A stretch of 64,000 bases of DNA from Eledone cirrhosa (Eukaryota). Location: NCBI GenBank assembly GCA_964016885.1, contig OZ024746.1, positions 36,704,001-36,768,000 on the forward strand. Reading direction: 5' to 3'. Positions 1-13,526 of this stretch are shown here, in pieces. A program made the position numbers and the translations under genes. The notes under the pieces were generated by a model, which did no database searches, was not told the DNA's origin, and saw only the letters and a list, made by a program, of their open reading frames with translations. Numbering within the stretch: position 1 is the stretch's first letter; each line of letters begins with the position of its first letter.

Positions 1-879
1 AATCTTTCACGGACTGACTTAACTAATTAGTCTATCATTAATAGTAGACGAGAGATCCCGACGAATTAGAAGCTTACAATAGAATTGTTGGGTATTTACG
101 AAAAGATAGCAATAGTTAAGGTTAGAGTAAACACTTTAGTTGGTAGTGTAGGGTCATATTTTAAAGGGACGACAACTTCACACTAAACATTTTTTTAAAT
201 GGGCCTCGTCAAATTCTTCGATGTGAAACTAAAAGTGGTTAATTGTTCGTGCTTGGGAACTAGCGCTGAACATGAAGAATGAAAAGCTGGTGGAGGTGTC
301 CGATCATCAGGAATGAAGTCAGGGATTCATTTATAGATGTGACACAATTCTGTCTGAGAGTATCGTTTGCTTTTGTAACAAGGATAGGATGGACTGCGAG
401 GCCAATCGCGAAAAGCAGAAGTATCGACCGCTGAGAAAACCAAATCACAGCAGATGAAATCCTGGACGTGCTGACCTATTGTACGGAGGATGAATGTCCA
501 GGATTAAACAGTCTACCTTAAGAGTTTTACATCTACATGGCAAAGGTATTGGCTATTTTGATGTAGTGAATGAGCAGCATTTCCAGTAGTCTTAGAAGGG
601 TAGAGGCGGTTCTACAAACGAAGGAATTAAACAAGAGAAATGTATGAATGTCTATGTATTGGGATGGAGATTGAGCGACAACGAAAACATAATGAATAGC
701 ATTTATTGGAGGTAATGTTATATATAAAGGTATGATCAATTTGTGAAATGGATTGGAACGGTGGCATTTTAGTTTAAATCTGTCTAGAGCCCGAACGTTC
801 ATCAGGCCAGTACTTCACCCGGATTCCGAGGCTTTAAGCAAATGACAGTACAAAACTCTACATATAGAAAAGACGCCAG

Positions 880-1047
880 TTTATCGCAAGGTTAATACAC
901 CTGCTATTACTTGTACTCATTTTGAATGGGTATATTGGAGTAACTTACATGAAGTGTTTTTGTTTCCGAAGAAAACAACGCACGACCTAGTCAAGGAATC
1001 GAACGATCATAAGTCCAACATGCTTACGACTAGGTCACGCACCTCCA
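880..1047 (-). mobile_element. Degenerate tRNA-derived SINE (type A)
   Basis: Reverse complement starts with a tRNA-like head (GGAGGTGCGTGACCTAGTCGTAAG...GTTCGATTCC) followed by a core similar to the copies at 4970-5212 and 19818-20100. Confidence 0.6.
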
Positions 1048-2491
1048 AATAGTGGCACTTTAGGAAGCGTGATAATTCTTAATAATCTATACTAAGCTGA
1101 CATATGGGTGCTAGTGACGTGTTTGAGGCGTATTTTCTCTTTCATTTTGTTTTCTTAATTGGAGGATTAGTTTAAAATAGTTTTTTGGATCAAATCCACA
1201 TTAAATTCCCTCTTTCCAAATACTACTTTCAACTTACTAAATAATTTCGACAGGGCACAGTTCTTGTCTATTCTTTTATATCAACCTTTGAAAATGTCCT
1301 CTATGAATGACTATATTTTAGATATTTTCCTAATCTGACATTGGTATCAAATGGACATTGTTCATCAATTGCCAGACATGATTCCTAATTATCAATGGCT
1401 ACGATCTCTGTTTTATTTTTGTACTGTATCGAGACGTTCGGATCCTATGAGGGGGAACAGTCCTTATATTTCTGCGAGTGACATATCGTCACACTAGCCA
1501 TGTTTTTTTCTCTATTATAACACCGCGTAAGATCATTCACAACGGGCTATAAAACCTAAAATAGAAGAGAGATATAAACATGTATCGACTGGCGAATATT
1601 TTATTCATAGTTCTACAAATACAAATTCGTTGCAAATTTATATTTGTTCTGTTGCTTGACATGTCATAAATAAATAAGAATTGAAATTTAAATATGAAGC
1701 TTCGCGTGAGCTAAACAATTAATAATAGTGTTTATATCGATATATTTATCTGCTAGTAACATGGGCAATGGGAAACTCTCATTTTTATCGAATGCACATT
1801 TTATATTTGTTAAATTTAGGAATATATCTTTTTAAGGGTGTACTTTCAAAATGAAATGCTTGCACGAATGCTAGAATTTACTGCTGAGTAATCATATATG
1901 ATACATATGAACATGATCATTTGTAGCTTAATTATGTATTTTGCAAGCCAATTATCGTTGTAAATATACAAGCCAGCTAATATTTAATGCGAGATACAGG
2001 AAGACAAGACATAGCCACACATCCCCCCCTCCGCTGTATCTCTCTCTTAAGTTTTGAAAATCATGAAACTTGTGTCTCCGGTAAATTTATAAGTTATTGT
2101 AAATGAACCTTATTAAAATTACAATTGCATTTATCTTCCTATTTCCTTTACTTGTACCCGCATGGGACATATTATACATACTTTCTAATATACGTGGCTC
2201 CAACTCCTCTTATCGCTGCATATAATAATAGTTCAGGCTTTAATATAGATAGATGACAGCTGAAGCTTCATAATGTATGTCTTCTCCATTGAATGGGTAG
2301 TAAGGTCCGGTTGAGTAAGCCCAGACTGTTAGGACGAGAGAAAGACGTATGATTTGACGAATGTAGAGGTGGAGTACGGTTTGTTTGGCAGAAGACATGG
2401 GTATAGGTTAACGCTAACTTTTAGGCCTTTGCTGAAAGTGAGTAGATTCGTTGGAGCAATACTCGTCTAATTTATCTACACACACAAATAT

Positions 2492-2580
<89 letters not shown>

Positions 2581-2624
2581 ATAGGGAGGAAGTTATAGTT
2601 CACTTGAAGCATTGGGTAATGAAG

Positions 2625-3017
2625 TATAAACGTTTCTATAAAGCCAAAACAATGCAGGTATGGACATAGAATACAGAATGTAAATGCAAAAGATATTGTT
2701 GATAATTAGTCTTTTACCTTAGATTTATTTAAATATCCTTAATTTTCGAGATAATATCTCTTCTTCGCGGGGAAGTAAAGCAGTTAAACCAGTGTTCTAA
2801 ATAGCTTGCCAAGTCAATCTATTGACTTGGCAAGCTATTGACAAGCAATTGACTTGGCAAGCTATTTAGAACACTGGTTTAACCGCTTTACTTCCCTCCG
2901 AAGAAGAGATATTATCTCGAAAATTAAGGACATTTAAATAAATGTAAGGTAAAAGACTAATTGTCAAGAATATCTTTGGCATTTGCATTCTTTTGGCTTT
3001 ATTATACATATACAAAC

Positions 3018-3025
<8 letters not shown>
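2625..3025. repeat. Long inverted repeat between (TA)n tracts; probable inverted PLE terminus
   Basis: Arms ~2676-2818 and ~2848-2990 are near-perfect reverse complements, with outer matches 2625-2650/2990-3025. The right arm carries a hammerhead-like motif followed by AATAAA. Confidence 0.85.
2895..2929 (+). ncRNA. Minimal hammerhead-like motif, decayed (U4C)
   Basis: CCT-CCGAAGA-A-GAGAT(ATT)ATCTC-GAAA-ATTA-AGG: stem I CCT/AGG, stem II hairpin, palindromic AATT stem III. Confidence 0.55.
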
Positions 3026-3069
<44 letters not shown>

Positions 3070-3294
3070 ATTATTATTATTATTAGGTTATGCAAGAAAT
3101 GCTTAGGATTATCCTGTATCCAGTAATGGTTAATTACTACACTAGATAGAGTCGACGTACTGTGAGGGGTTGCTCAACGAGTTACAAAAGAACAGTTAAA
3201 TAAACTTGATTACCGATTCTTCTATAATCCGGAGTGTAGAAAAAGAATGATTAATAAAACAGGTAGACATCATAAAAAGTTAATTTATTCTACG

Positions 3295-3414
3295 TGTTTA
3301 CAAATGTTTCCTTAGTAGTTACACAGCCTAGTCATGCTATATGCAAATTGGTATTTATTAATTTCCAGATACTCAAATTTGTAATTCTGTTCGTACCACC
3401 AATTCTTCAGAACT
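3295..3414 (-). ncRNA. Hammerhead-like motif with very long stem-II region
   Basis: Minus strand GTT-CTGAAGA-(~90 nt)-GAAAC-ATTT-GTA-AAC, followed by AATAAA. Confidence 0.5.
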
Positions 3415-3494
3415 AATATGGTGGATCTTAGTTTCTTAATATTTCTTAAAGAGAGTAATTGGGGAAGATAGAGTAGAAAAGGAAGAGAGAAAGA

Positions 3495-3604
<110 letters not shown>

Positions 3605-4499
3605 GGGGTAGGAGAAATGGGAGAGAGTGGTTTGAAGAATAAGATAGCTTAATCTAAATGTTGTGATAGGGGTTCAACAAGTGGTTTTATTATACTGCTT
3701 ACTCTCAAAGTAACAACTTACGCATTGTGGTGATGTTATCAAGTTTGGAATCATTTACTGCCACAGAGAGCTGTCTCTCAAATACCACGTACACTCATTG
3801 CCATTTCCTTTCTTTACGTCTGCATGATCAGCTGCTATTGTCCACATAATTACCTTTTTGCGGCAATATCAACGTTCTCAAAATAATGATAACAGTCGCC
3901 TCAACTGACTGTTCGGTACCTCATTATGTTTTCTCACAGAAAGGGAGACGTATTCATGACGAAAAGTTTGTCTATCGTATTTACACGTTCCAAGTGTAAT
4001 AGGAGTGTTCAAGTAAGACCTTAATTCATCCTCTTTATAATCAATTTGAAGTGTTGGTATCTTATTCTAAAAAGCTGAATGCTTCATCCAGGTTTAACAC
4101 ACATGAAGCATTTATGATGAATTTTAGAAAAGCTTGTTACCTATAAGTCAATACATTTTCAGCGGTATCACATACATAAGGGAAAAGCTGATATGCCCCA
4201 TTCAAACGACAGTATATCGTCTGCATAGACCTTAACATCTTTTGTAGAATGTAAATAAAAAAAGTCAAGAACGAAAAATTCTGATCAGGCTTGATATCTA
4301 CGGTATATGGGAAGTCGAGACACTGTTTAGAGAACTAGAGAATGGCAAACGTGGCGAGGCATGATTTATGATTTGAGACATTACCATTATTGTGTATATT
4401 ATATCAAATACCTATATGTCTATATATAAAAAAAATGGTATGTGTGTGTGTGTGGGGGGGGGGGTGTGAGTTGGGGGGGGCGAGGGGGTTGGGGGTTAT

Positions 4500-4780
4500 G
4501 TGTGTGTGTGTGTGTGTCCTCATTTTTGCAAAGTCTATACATATCCACAGTTCTACTCCGATTGACGTCAAACTTGCATTTATATATTCCTTGCGGTCTA
4601 AAGATGTGCTAAGTGGCGCTTTTATTTTTCAATCTTCTGTTGTTACAGGGATGTATGCGCCGGTTATCGATCTCCGCCGAGCCACTATAATATCTGTCTG
4701 TATTCTGGCTGTCTGCATGACGACATTATGACGAACATGTCATTGCTGACGTATTATCTTCGCCACATTCACAAACGAAC
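4500..4780 (-). mobile_element. Possible Helitron/DINE-like non-autonomous fragment
   Basis: Minus strand AAGTTTGACGTCAATCGGAGTAGAACTGTGG next to (CA)n resembles internal cores of non-autonomous rolling-circle elements; termini not found. Confidence 0.25.
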
Positions 4781-4800
4781 ACATACACACACACACACAT

Positions 4801-4875
<75 letters not shown>

Positions 4876-4969
4876 GACTTATATATACATATATATATAC
4901 ATATATATACATATATATACATATACACACTCATATATACGCACATATATATATATATATATATATATC

Positions 4970-5212
4970 ACCTTGATCACCTTGACCGACCAGTCTGTCG
5001 GGCGACAATCGGCGCCGCTGGTCACAGAACGGCGTGCTGCTTTACCCATAATATAACGCTATCGCCCTGGTTGGATGGGCAGACAGGTACTCATTTCTAC
5101 AGCTGAGTAAACTGGAGCAACGTGAAAATAAAGTGTCTTGCTCAAGGAAACAAAACATCACCCTGACAGAGAATTGAACTCACAACCTTTCGATTGCAAG
5201 CCCAATGCTCTG
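4970..5212 (-). mobile_element. tRNA-derived SINE (type A)
   Basis: Contains GGTACTCATTTCTACAGCTGAGTAAACTGGAGCAACGTGAAAATAAAGTGTCTTGCTCAAGGA and a B-box-like GAGTTCAATTCTC on the minus strand. Confidence 0.8.
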
Positions 5213-5213
5213 C

Positions 5214-5288
<75 letters not shown>

Positions 5289-5479
5289 CACAGTGCATAT
5301 ACACACACACACACATATATATATACATGTATACATATACATATATACACACACATATATATAAGTATATAAAAAACATAGATATAAAAACACAAATACA
5401 CACACATATATACACGTACACGCGCACATACGAATGCATTTGTATACATATACAAACACGTATACAAACACATGCAGAG

Positions 5480-5880
5480 TCAAAAGTGAATGCCCATTAC
5501 AAGGTAAATGCAACACCAAAGCCATTGTATATGCGGCTAAAGTGACAACTACCAGCAACAACTACCAGCCACCAGCGAACGATATGTGGGTATGACACAA
5601 TAGAAATTCAAAACGCGTTATTACTCAGATGTCGCATCTTTCCGACATCCTGAAAAAAGATTTACAACAGCTCTGGCTAGCAGAATATGGGATTTGAAAG
5701 ACTAAGGTATCCAATATAAATTAGATTGGTCAATTTTGAACCAATCTAATGAATATGCAAGAGGAACAAGAAGATGCGCATCTGCATAAGTGAAAAAATA
5801 TTCACCAGAAACCTGCCTAAATGCAAAAACAGATATGTTCACTATTTGCCCACACATGAAATCACACTTGCTTTCCAGCT
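5480..5880 (+). pseudogene. PLE GIY-YIG endonuclease remnant
   Basis: Manual translation [18 protein letters not shown]...YVGMTQ*KFKTRYYSDVASFRHPEKRFTTALASRIWDLKD*GIQYKLDWSIL...RRC/LCISEK...CLNAKTDMFTICPH; not in the ORF track because of stops. Confidence 0.85.
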
Positions 5881-6373
5881 CATATAAACTTAACTCACTT
5901 TCAGATACTTATCCTCCATAAACTCTTGTTCTTCACTTTCCTTAAATTACCCTCTTTACAGACTTATCTTTCTGATTTACGTATATTTTTATTTTTAACT
6001 TTATTTTTACTCCACGTCCACAGGTGACCCCCACCCACCTGCTTTTTGATTAACTTACTTTAAATCTTCACAATTTTACATATTTTACTTCCCCCTTTTT
6101 CTTTCACTATTTGATATCACTTGTCACTTGCGTTTTCAACTACATATATATTCTGTTGTCCCTCAGTCGCTTTTATGTATGTTTACGTACGTATAATTTG
6201 TACTCATTTATTCATACGGCTGGTTTTTATATTTTATGTATGTATGTAAGTGTGCATCTGTGTGTATACGTATTTGTATATGTATACAAATGCATTCGTA
6301 TGTGCGCATGTGTGTGTGTATGTGTGTTTTTATATCTATGTTTTTTACATACATATATATGTGTGTGTATATG

Positions 6374-6478
<105 letters not shown>

Positions 6479-7203
6479 GTGTATATATATATGTATATAT
6501 ATATATATATATGGTCGCGTGCGTGCGTGTGAATAGATGTACATGTATGTATATATATGTGCTTCGTGTGTATGCGTGCGCGCTTTTGTATGTATGTACG
6601 CATGTATGTGCTTTTGTATGTACGTATTTATATATCTATATGTGTGTGTACGAACCTATGTATGTTTTCTATTTGTTCTAGTGTTACTTTATAATTGATA
6701 ACCCCTCCCTCTTACTTGCTCTTTGATTTAATTTTGTTATTCTCATGTATTTTTTCATTTTTTCATTTTCATATTTTATATTTTTATATATGTATCGACC
6801 TTCAGCCTGACACTGCTTTGACTGATACACCCCTTCCCTGTATATATCACATGCATGTATGTGGTTGCGCGTGTGTTTGTGCTTATACGCGTGCTTTCAT
6901 ACATGTATGTGTATATATTTCAATCCTTAGTCCCTGAGTCAGTATGTACGTTAACTCTATTATCTTACAATGTCTTTTTTCAACATATATTATATACGTA
7001 TTTGTGGTCACACATACACTGATATGCTTACCCCCATGTATGTACTTACGCACACATTTTTTCACTCTACACATGCATTTGTACATACACACAAATGTAC
7101 ATTTGTAGGTACATATACACACATTTATACACATACCCTTACTATATTTCCTTATTTTATTTTTATATGTCTCTTGCATTACTTTTATTTATATATATAT
7201 ATT

Positions 7204-7316
7204 TTGCCTTTCCTGAGGAGATTTTTCAAATATTTCACTAAATTTCCTTGTCTGACCAACGAATGAGGACGTTTTTAGTATTCGTCTTATTCGGGAAACC
7301 TCTGGTAATGAGGTAA
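7204..7316 (+). ncRNA. Hammerhead-like motif at PLE 3' end
   Basis: CTGAGGA at 7213 (alternative decayed core CTGACCA at 7252) ... GAAAC-C-TCT-G-GTA-ATGAGG; stem III ACC/GGT; ATGAGG pairs with upstream CCTTGT or, less well, with GCCTTTC. Confidence 0.6.
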
Positions 7317-7341
7317 TTATACTGAATTGTTTATTATACAC

Positions 7342-7410
<69 letters not shown>

Positions 7411-7435
7411 CTCTCTCTCTCTTTATATATATATA

Positions 7436-7482
<47 letters not shown>

Positions 7483-7526
7483 AATAAATTATACAATAAT
7501 CAAAGTCGTGTTCAAATTATTTAATA

Positions 7527-7572
7527 GCTGACAATCGTTTCTTCCAAACACTCCTTTTGGTGTAATCGGAGC
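7527..7572 (-). ncRNA. Decayed hammerhead-like motif
   Basis: Minus strand GCT-CCGATTA-CA-CCAAA..TTTGG-AA-GAAAC-GATT-GTC-AGC; two core mismatches. Confidence 0.4.
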
Positions 7573-8312
7573 ATTATCATTGTTTGCACATATAATTAAC
7601 AAACTATTCAGCTGAACAATATTATAGATACATATAAATTGATGTTGTGAGCAACAGTTTCGTATTTACAGGGTGGAATGGATGTGACATATAGTTTACG
7701 TGAATTGTACAATAATTGTTCAAATATTCAAGTTCAAATTCAAATTAAAATCAAGAGCAGGAGAATAGTCCAACCATTAAAGAGGCATTAAGCAAGTAGA
7801 TTTGAGAAAGGAAGAGTACATTAACAATTCATATGCAGGCGTGTGGAGAGTGCAACTGCGTTAGTTATATACATGTGAAGGAGACAAGCAAAGCTAGTAT
7901 GCATATATAGATGAATAAATACTGCACTTTAAGCAGATATGTTAATGTATTAGAATCTATGGTGGATGCTGTATGCTGATAGTGTTCGAATTTGTGTGTG
8001 TTGAGAAACATACAGTTTTTGGAGACTTTTCCATGACATGTGTTGAATTAAATTTTAGTTAATGTTTATAATGAATGTTTTAAGTTAGTTAAAGCAATGG
8101 ATTGTAAATTAGTCTTGATGTATTCATATTCATAGACTATATTTCATCAATCGGTACATTTTCCAATCGTTAATTTCCGGATTAATTTTCCTGCTCTGTA
8201 AAACAACTGATGTTCATACAATGAGCTATTTCTCTTACTGGTAATAAGGTAATAAGAAATTACTGACCTTCCGGTTTATAGTTGTTTATACTATATACAT
8301 AACTATAAATAG

Positions 8313-8539
<227 letters not shown>

Positions 8540-8780
8540 TAATATATTTAGAAACACACAGATACATGCGGACACAAACATATATACATGAATGCATCCG
8601 CACCCAACTGTGAGTTAAGGGTGCCGACTTCACCGATGTTGCTCAATGAATGACTGGGACAGACCAATTCAGTTGAACCAGACTGAACCAGTACCAGAGT
8701 TAAAAATACATTATGAAGAGAGAAGAAACATTTAGATATAATTAGTAATAAAATGTATCATACCTAAACTGCTCCTAAAT

Positions 8781-8868
8781 TCCTCGACTACGTAGTTTCG
8801 TGGCATAAACAAAAACAATATATCAAAGATACAGAGTCCTTGCGAGGTCTGCCGACTTATCAAGAGGA
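8781..8868 (-). ncRNA. Apparently intact type I hammerhead ribozyme, U3-A8 variant
   Basis: Minus strand TCCTC-TTGATAA-GT(C)GGCA...TGCCAC-GAAAC-TACGTA-GTC-GAGGA: perfect 5-bp stem I, G-C closed stem II, palindromic stem III ACTACGTAGT, GUC triplet. Confidence 0.8.
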
Positions 8869-8980
8869 TACCTCATTTTACTAGTCTCAAGAACGCGTCC
8901 ACACGACGTGAGAAAGAATCCCAAAAGGCGGAGGGGGAGATAGTCACGCGATATAACGGTCGAGAAACAGAGCTAAGCCT

Positions 8981-9061
<81 letters not shown>

Positions 9062-9185
9062 TGTATATACATATACACAAATATAAACACATATATGGAT
9101 ATACACATATACACATATATAAATATACACTTAAAAATATATGTATATACGAACACACACACACACATACACACACATACACACA

Positions 9186-9261
<76 letters not shown>

Positions 9262-9273
9262 TATACATACATG

Positions 9274-9341
<68 letters not shown>

Positions 9342-9642
9342 CTGGCTCGTTAATTTATTAACCTGTCATAGAACCACACTGGCATAAGGTTGCATAATAC
9401 ATGTGTCCCTATATATATTTTGCACGTAGGGATACATACCTTATTAATACTATTCTCCCCTGGTCGAGATAACATTTTGGTCATTTTAACTGCTGATATT
9501 TCAAGCGGCAGTAGAATGACCTTTCCGCCTCTGCCTTCTATGTTTACACACGGTACTAGACAGATTTGCTTCTTTATCATACACTCTCATCTGTGGAACA
9601 ATTTTGAATGGCGCCAGATCGTGATTTGAACTTGGGAATTTT

Positions 9643-9750
9643 ATATTCCCCGAGGGAAAAGAACCCTCTGACAATAGCCTTCCTTTTCAATGGATTTCCG
9701 TTTGAATTATCCATTTATTTCGAGACTCGAAACCGTACGGTAAGGGTAAT
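9643..9750 (+). ncRNA. Hammerhead-like motif with one core change
   Basis: ACCCT-CTGACAA (9663-9674)...C-GAAAC-CGTACG-GTA-AGGGT; perfect stem I, palindromic stem III ACCGTACGGT. Confidence 0.65.
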
Positions 9751-9811
9751 TAGAGCAGGTGCAGTGAACTTTTTAAAATGTATTTTAAAACTTTTTCTTA
9801 GTTGCTAAACC

Positions 9812-9859
<48 letters not shown>

Positions 9860-9861
<2 letters not shown>

Positions 9862-10990
9862 TATTTACGTATCGCGAGAGAGAAAAAAAGGGGAGGATTG
9901 GTGATACATATACTTATTTGCCAAGTAGCGTATGTCAAAGGTGCTCGATACTAGTGCCGGCAGTATTAAATATTCGAAGTGTTAATATTTAGTGGGCTAG
10001 AGAGTTAGCAGAGCGTAAGCACGTGGGAAAGTAAGAAATCGGAGAATAGACCGTTAACACATGTTTATTTAGAACAGCACCTACGTATGTTTCGCCCAGT
10101 TGGGCTTCTCAAGGGCATAAATAATCAAAAGTGTTCCTTACATTGCTCGGAAAGAGTTGTGGGGGTTAAATCCATGTCAAGGTTCATTGCTCGCAAAAAT
10201 AGCTTGTTTTGATTTTGCAGCAGGTCAAGGGAGGTAACTCTGGCCGGTGTTAGTGCTGTCTTTCCCGGACACATTTTTTTATCTGCTCCGAGATGAGGTT
10301 ACAACCGTACCATTGTCAATACGCATGTAATCAATGCTTATCTTGAGAGTTTTTTTTTTTTTTTAGCCGCATCTGAGTCGTTTGAGGCTGGGTCTGGTAT
10401 GCAAGGATTCTTTTCTGGGTTTTATTTTGCAGCGGCTGCCCGCCGGGGTGTTAAGACTTGTTGTAGGGAGATCCGGTGCACGGTTTCACTCCTCATCTTT
10501 AAACCATCTGAAGAAGGATATTTTTAAGCGATGTGTTAAACTTATCGCTGTTTCAGCCCTGCTGTTGATGAGCTCGTGGGGTGCAGTTATGATGTGGGAC
10601 AGCTCCATGAGGTAAAGATCGCATTTCCTTTCGAAGTTGTACGGTGCAGCCCTGCCGACAATCTCCCAGCGCGTGGAGAAGCTGATGTTTAAGTTATTTA
10701 GTGATGTGGTGTAGTCCGCGAGCGAAGTTTTCTATTTGTGAAAGAGTGGAGATGTGTTCGAAACCTAATTTTGAACGGGCCGGAGGTAGCCCCTATATAA
10801 TGTTTAACGCTATTGTGGCTAGTAATAGTGCATCTATATATAACCTTATCAGTCAAGCAGTATCCTCTAAGGGGGAAGCGTCCTCTGTCGCGGCAGTTGC
10901 AATTTTTGTCGCGGTTCCGTCTATTTCCCACGGTAAGGCTATCATTGTTGCTGCCTACGTTGTTACCTACGCTACCGCAGCTGTCGTTAT
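9860..10990 (-). mobile_element. Penelope-like element 3' fragment (GIY-YIG + terminal repeat)
   Basis: ORF 10698-11018 contains CNCRDRGRFPLRGYCLTDKVIYRC...YIGATSGPFKIRFRTHLHSF and continues after a frameshift as WEIVGRAAPYNFERKCDLYLMEL...LINSRAE; hammerhead at 10077; (TA)n flanks. Confidence 0.85.
10077..10116 (-). ncRNA. Minimal hammerhead ribozyme, U3-A8 variant
   Basis: Minus strand GCCC-TTGAGAA-GCCCA(AC)TGGGC-GAAAC-ATAC-GTA-GGTGC, followed by AATAAA. Confidence 0.7.
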
Positions 10991-11593
10991 ATATATATAT
11001 ATATATATATTTAAGCATTTCTAACTTTAATTTTTACCCAATTATGTATGGTTCACCGTATATTTAATTAATTTCCACGTGCTGTTGAAATGTTGCATAC
11101 ATATTCTATAGCGTTTGGACGCGAAGACGCTGCTGTGGCGTATTTATTTACTGTTTCTTCATAGGTGCCTTTTATTCTTATAGCCTGGTCTAATTGATTT
11201 TGTGTGTGGTTAATTATGCTGATTGGTAGTTGAGATGAGGTATATATATAATCAAATAATTCTTTGGACAAGCTTTACTCTATAGTATTTTGCTCAGATT
11301 ATTTAAATTATTAATTCTTCATTGAGCCACATCGTGAATGGTTGCTAAAACACATATATATCTGTGACTTTGTTTAATTGGTGTATGTGAAAATATTTAT
11401 ATTTAATAAACTCCCATAAGGTTGAGATACAATTTGGGCGATATTGGGCTACGCTTTCTAACAACCAACCCACTCGCCGTAAGCAACCAATCACACCTTT
11501 CCTGACTTGATAACTGCCACGTTACAGTTCTCGACCATTTTGAATTCGTGTTTGGCGGGGCCACTTCGGAAAATAATCTGTCCCAGGGATTTT

Positions 11594-11662
11594 GTCTCCT
11601 GGTGAGCTCTAAACTCGAGATATCCTTAATAAGATATGAGAGCGGAACCCATGGGTCGGGAT
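11594..11662 (+). ncRNA. Hammerhead-like motif with two A-to-G core changes
   Basis: GTCTC-CTGGTGA-GCTCT...AGAGC-GGAAC-CCATGG-GTC-GGGAT; all three stems pair and stem III is palindromic (ACCCATGGGT). Confidence 0.65.
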
Positions 11663-12016
11663 TTAGTGATTTAATCCTGGTATGTATATATTTATATATA
11701 TATATATATATACACACACAGATTCATTGTAAGTCGCTTTAACCTTTTGGTCTTTTGTTATTAGAAAAACTTCTTGCCAATAAACATTAACACTTTGTGC
11801 CCCATTCATCTAAATGTAGACCAACAAATACCAAGTAAAAGGAACGTTGACAAGAACGATGGCGAATGAATCTCCGAGGTAAGCAGTTTCCTCCCGAGCT
11901 GTTAGTTCACGCGAGATTATCTGCCAAACCTTTTCGTAATGCTACCGAACAACGTACTGCTGGTCACTCGTTCCGCCACAACAGCATAGAACATCAGTCT
12001 CACTCTCTCTCACTCA

Positions 12017-12200
<184 letters not shown>

Positions 12201-12471
12201 ATAAGAACAGATTAAAGTTTAAGCAAATAATCGCTGCTTTCAAAATTAACGGGATATTTTGAAAATAGAAAAAATTCTTCTGTGAACGCCGAAGTAAATA
12301 TTACGACACACGTTGTTTCTGGAGCTAAACAAGAAGACGATATTTTGTTTCATGAAGCCGTTCCCTGGTAATGAACGGAAAAAAGCGAGGATAATACGTC
12401 GTTATTTGGACCGAGAAGAACAATTTCATGCAAAGACAAGGCCCAGTTTATGGGTTAAATGGAGTCGTTAG

Positions 12472-13140
12472 ACTATATTCTATTTAAAATAACCGAATGA
12501 TTTCAAGCCCCAGCGCTTAAGAATGATGTAAATAAAATTGAAAACGAAAATGACAGAGGTTATTAAAATAGTAAAAGTAAATAGTGAAGATTTAGGCCAG
12601 TACATACGTATGCGCCGAAGGACATACACATACATATACATACGCACACACAAATACACACACACGCACACACACGCACACGCACACACACGCGCAGGTG
12701 TGTGAATGTAAACCTTATGCATTGCTACAGTATTTCCACCAAAGTTAAGACATAGTTTACTTATGTACCCCGGAGGGTCATGGCCACTTTCATTTTTCCA
12801 GATATGTATCATAGGGCCTCCCGGCAGATAATCCCTTTCAGCCGCTTCCTTGGAGTCGACTGAAGCACTGCAGCGCAATGCAACAAAACTTCATAACCTC
12901 TGGATTTCGCAACCGATGTTGACAAAACTTGACACATGGGCTACGTTTGTTCTACAGATAAATTTGAACTCTCAGAATTGGCACATATTGAGTAGAGGAC
13001 TCCTGGGGGCAGGGACACCCTTTTGGAAAAAGCCGATGACTTTGTAAAAGTATAGTTTTCGAAGAAGCACTGAAATATTGACATAAATGGTATACATAAC
13101 TGCTATTTAATACGTGAACAATGCCGGGTATCTCTGCTAA
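12472..13140 (+). mobile_element. Probable old non-autonomous Helitron
   Basis: 3' end AATGCCGGGTATCTCTGCTAA|T resembles the end of the Helitron at 35334 (AACGCCGGGCTTTACTGCTAG|T); internal (CA)n; 5' boundary uncertain. Confidence 0.4.
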
Positions 13141-13266
13141 TCATGCCATTCTGAGTTCAAATCCCGCCGAGGTTAACTTTGCCTTTCATCCTTACGGGGT
13201 CGATAAAATAAAGTACCAGTAACGCACTGGGTAATTGCTGGCCTTGTGCCTAACGTAGTAATAATT
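13141..13266 (+). mobile_element. SINE type B, 5'-truncated
   Basis: GAGTTCAAATCCCGCCGAGGTTAACTTTGCCTTTCATCCTTACGGGGTCGATAAAATAAAGTACCAG core (resembles the Nin/Deu SINE domain) plus GGCCTTGTGCC tail. Confidence 0.85.
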
Positions 13267-13381
13267 AAAATTAGACATCCTTGCAATATTTTATATCAAT
13301 CAGAATAGTTTACACTATTTATCTAACTATCCCCTTCTATATAACTATCCAATCATACCTCTATCCCTGCTTCTATCTCTC

Positions 13382-13526
<145 letters not shown>

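Noticed and set aside
1-850. Possible decayed LINE endonuclease on the minus strand (DLVFS-like motif)
   Set aside because: Too degenerate; no run of diagnostic motifs could be aligned
2270-2465. Possible decayed LINE C-terminus (YCSNE) on the minus strand
   Set aside because: Only one short motif, not supportable
8200-8270. CTGATG plus a GGTAATAAGGTAAT end similar to the 7204 motif
   Set aside because: No properly placed GAAA or stem III
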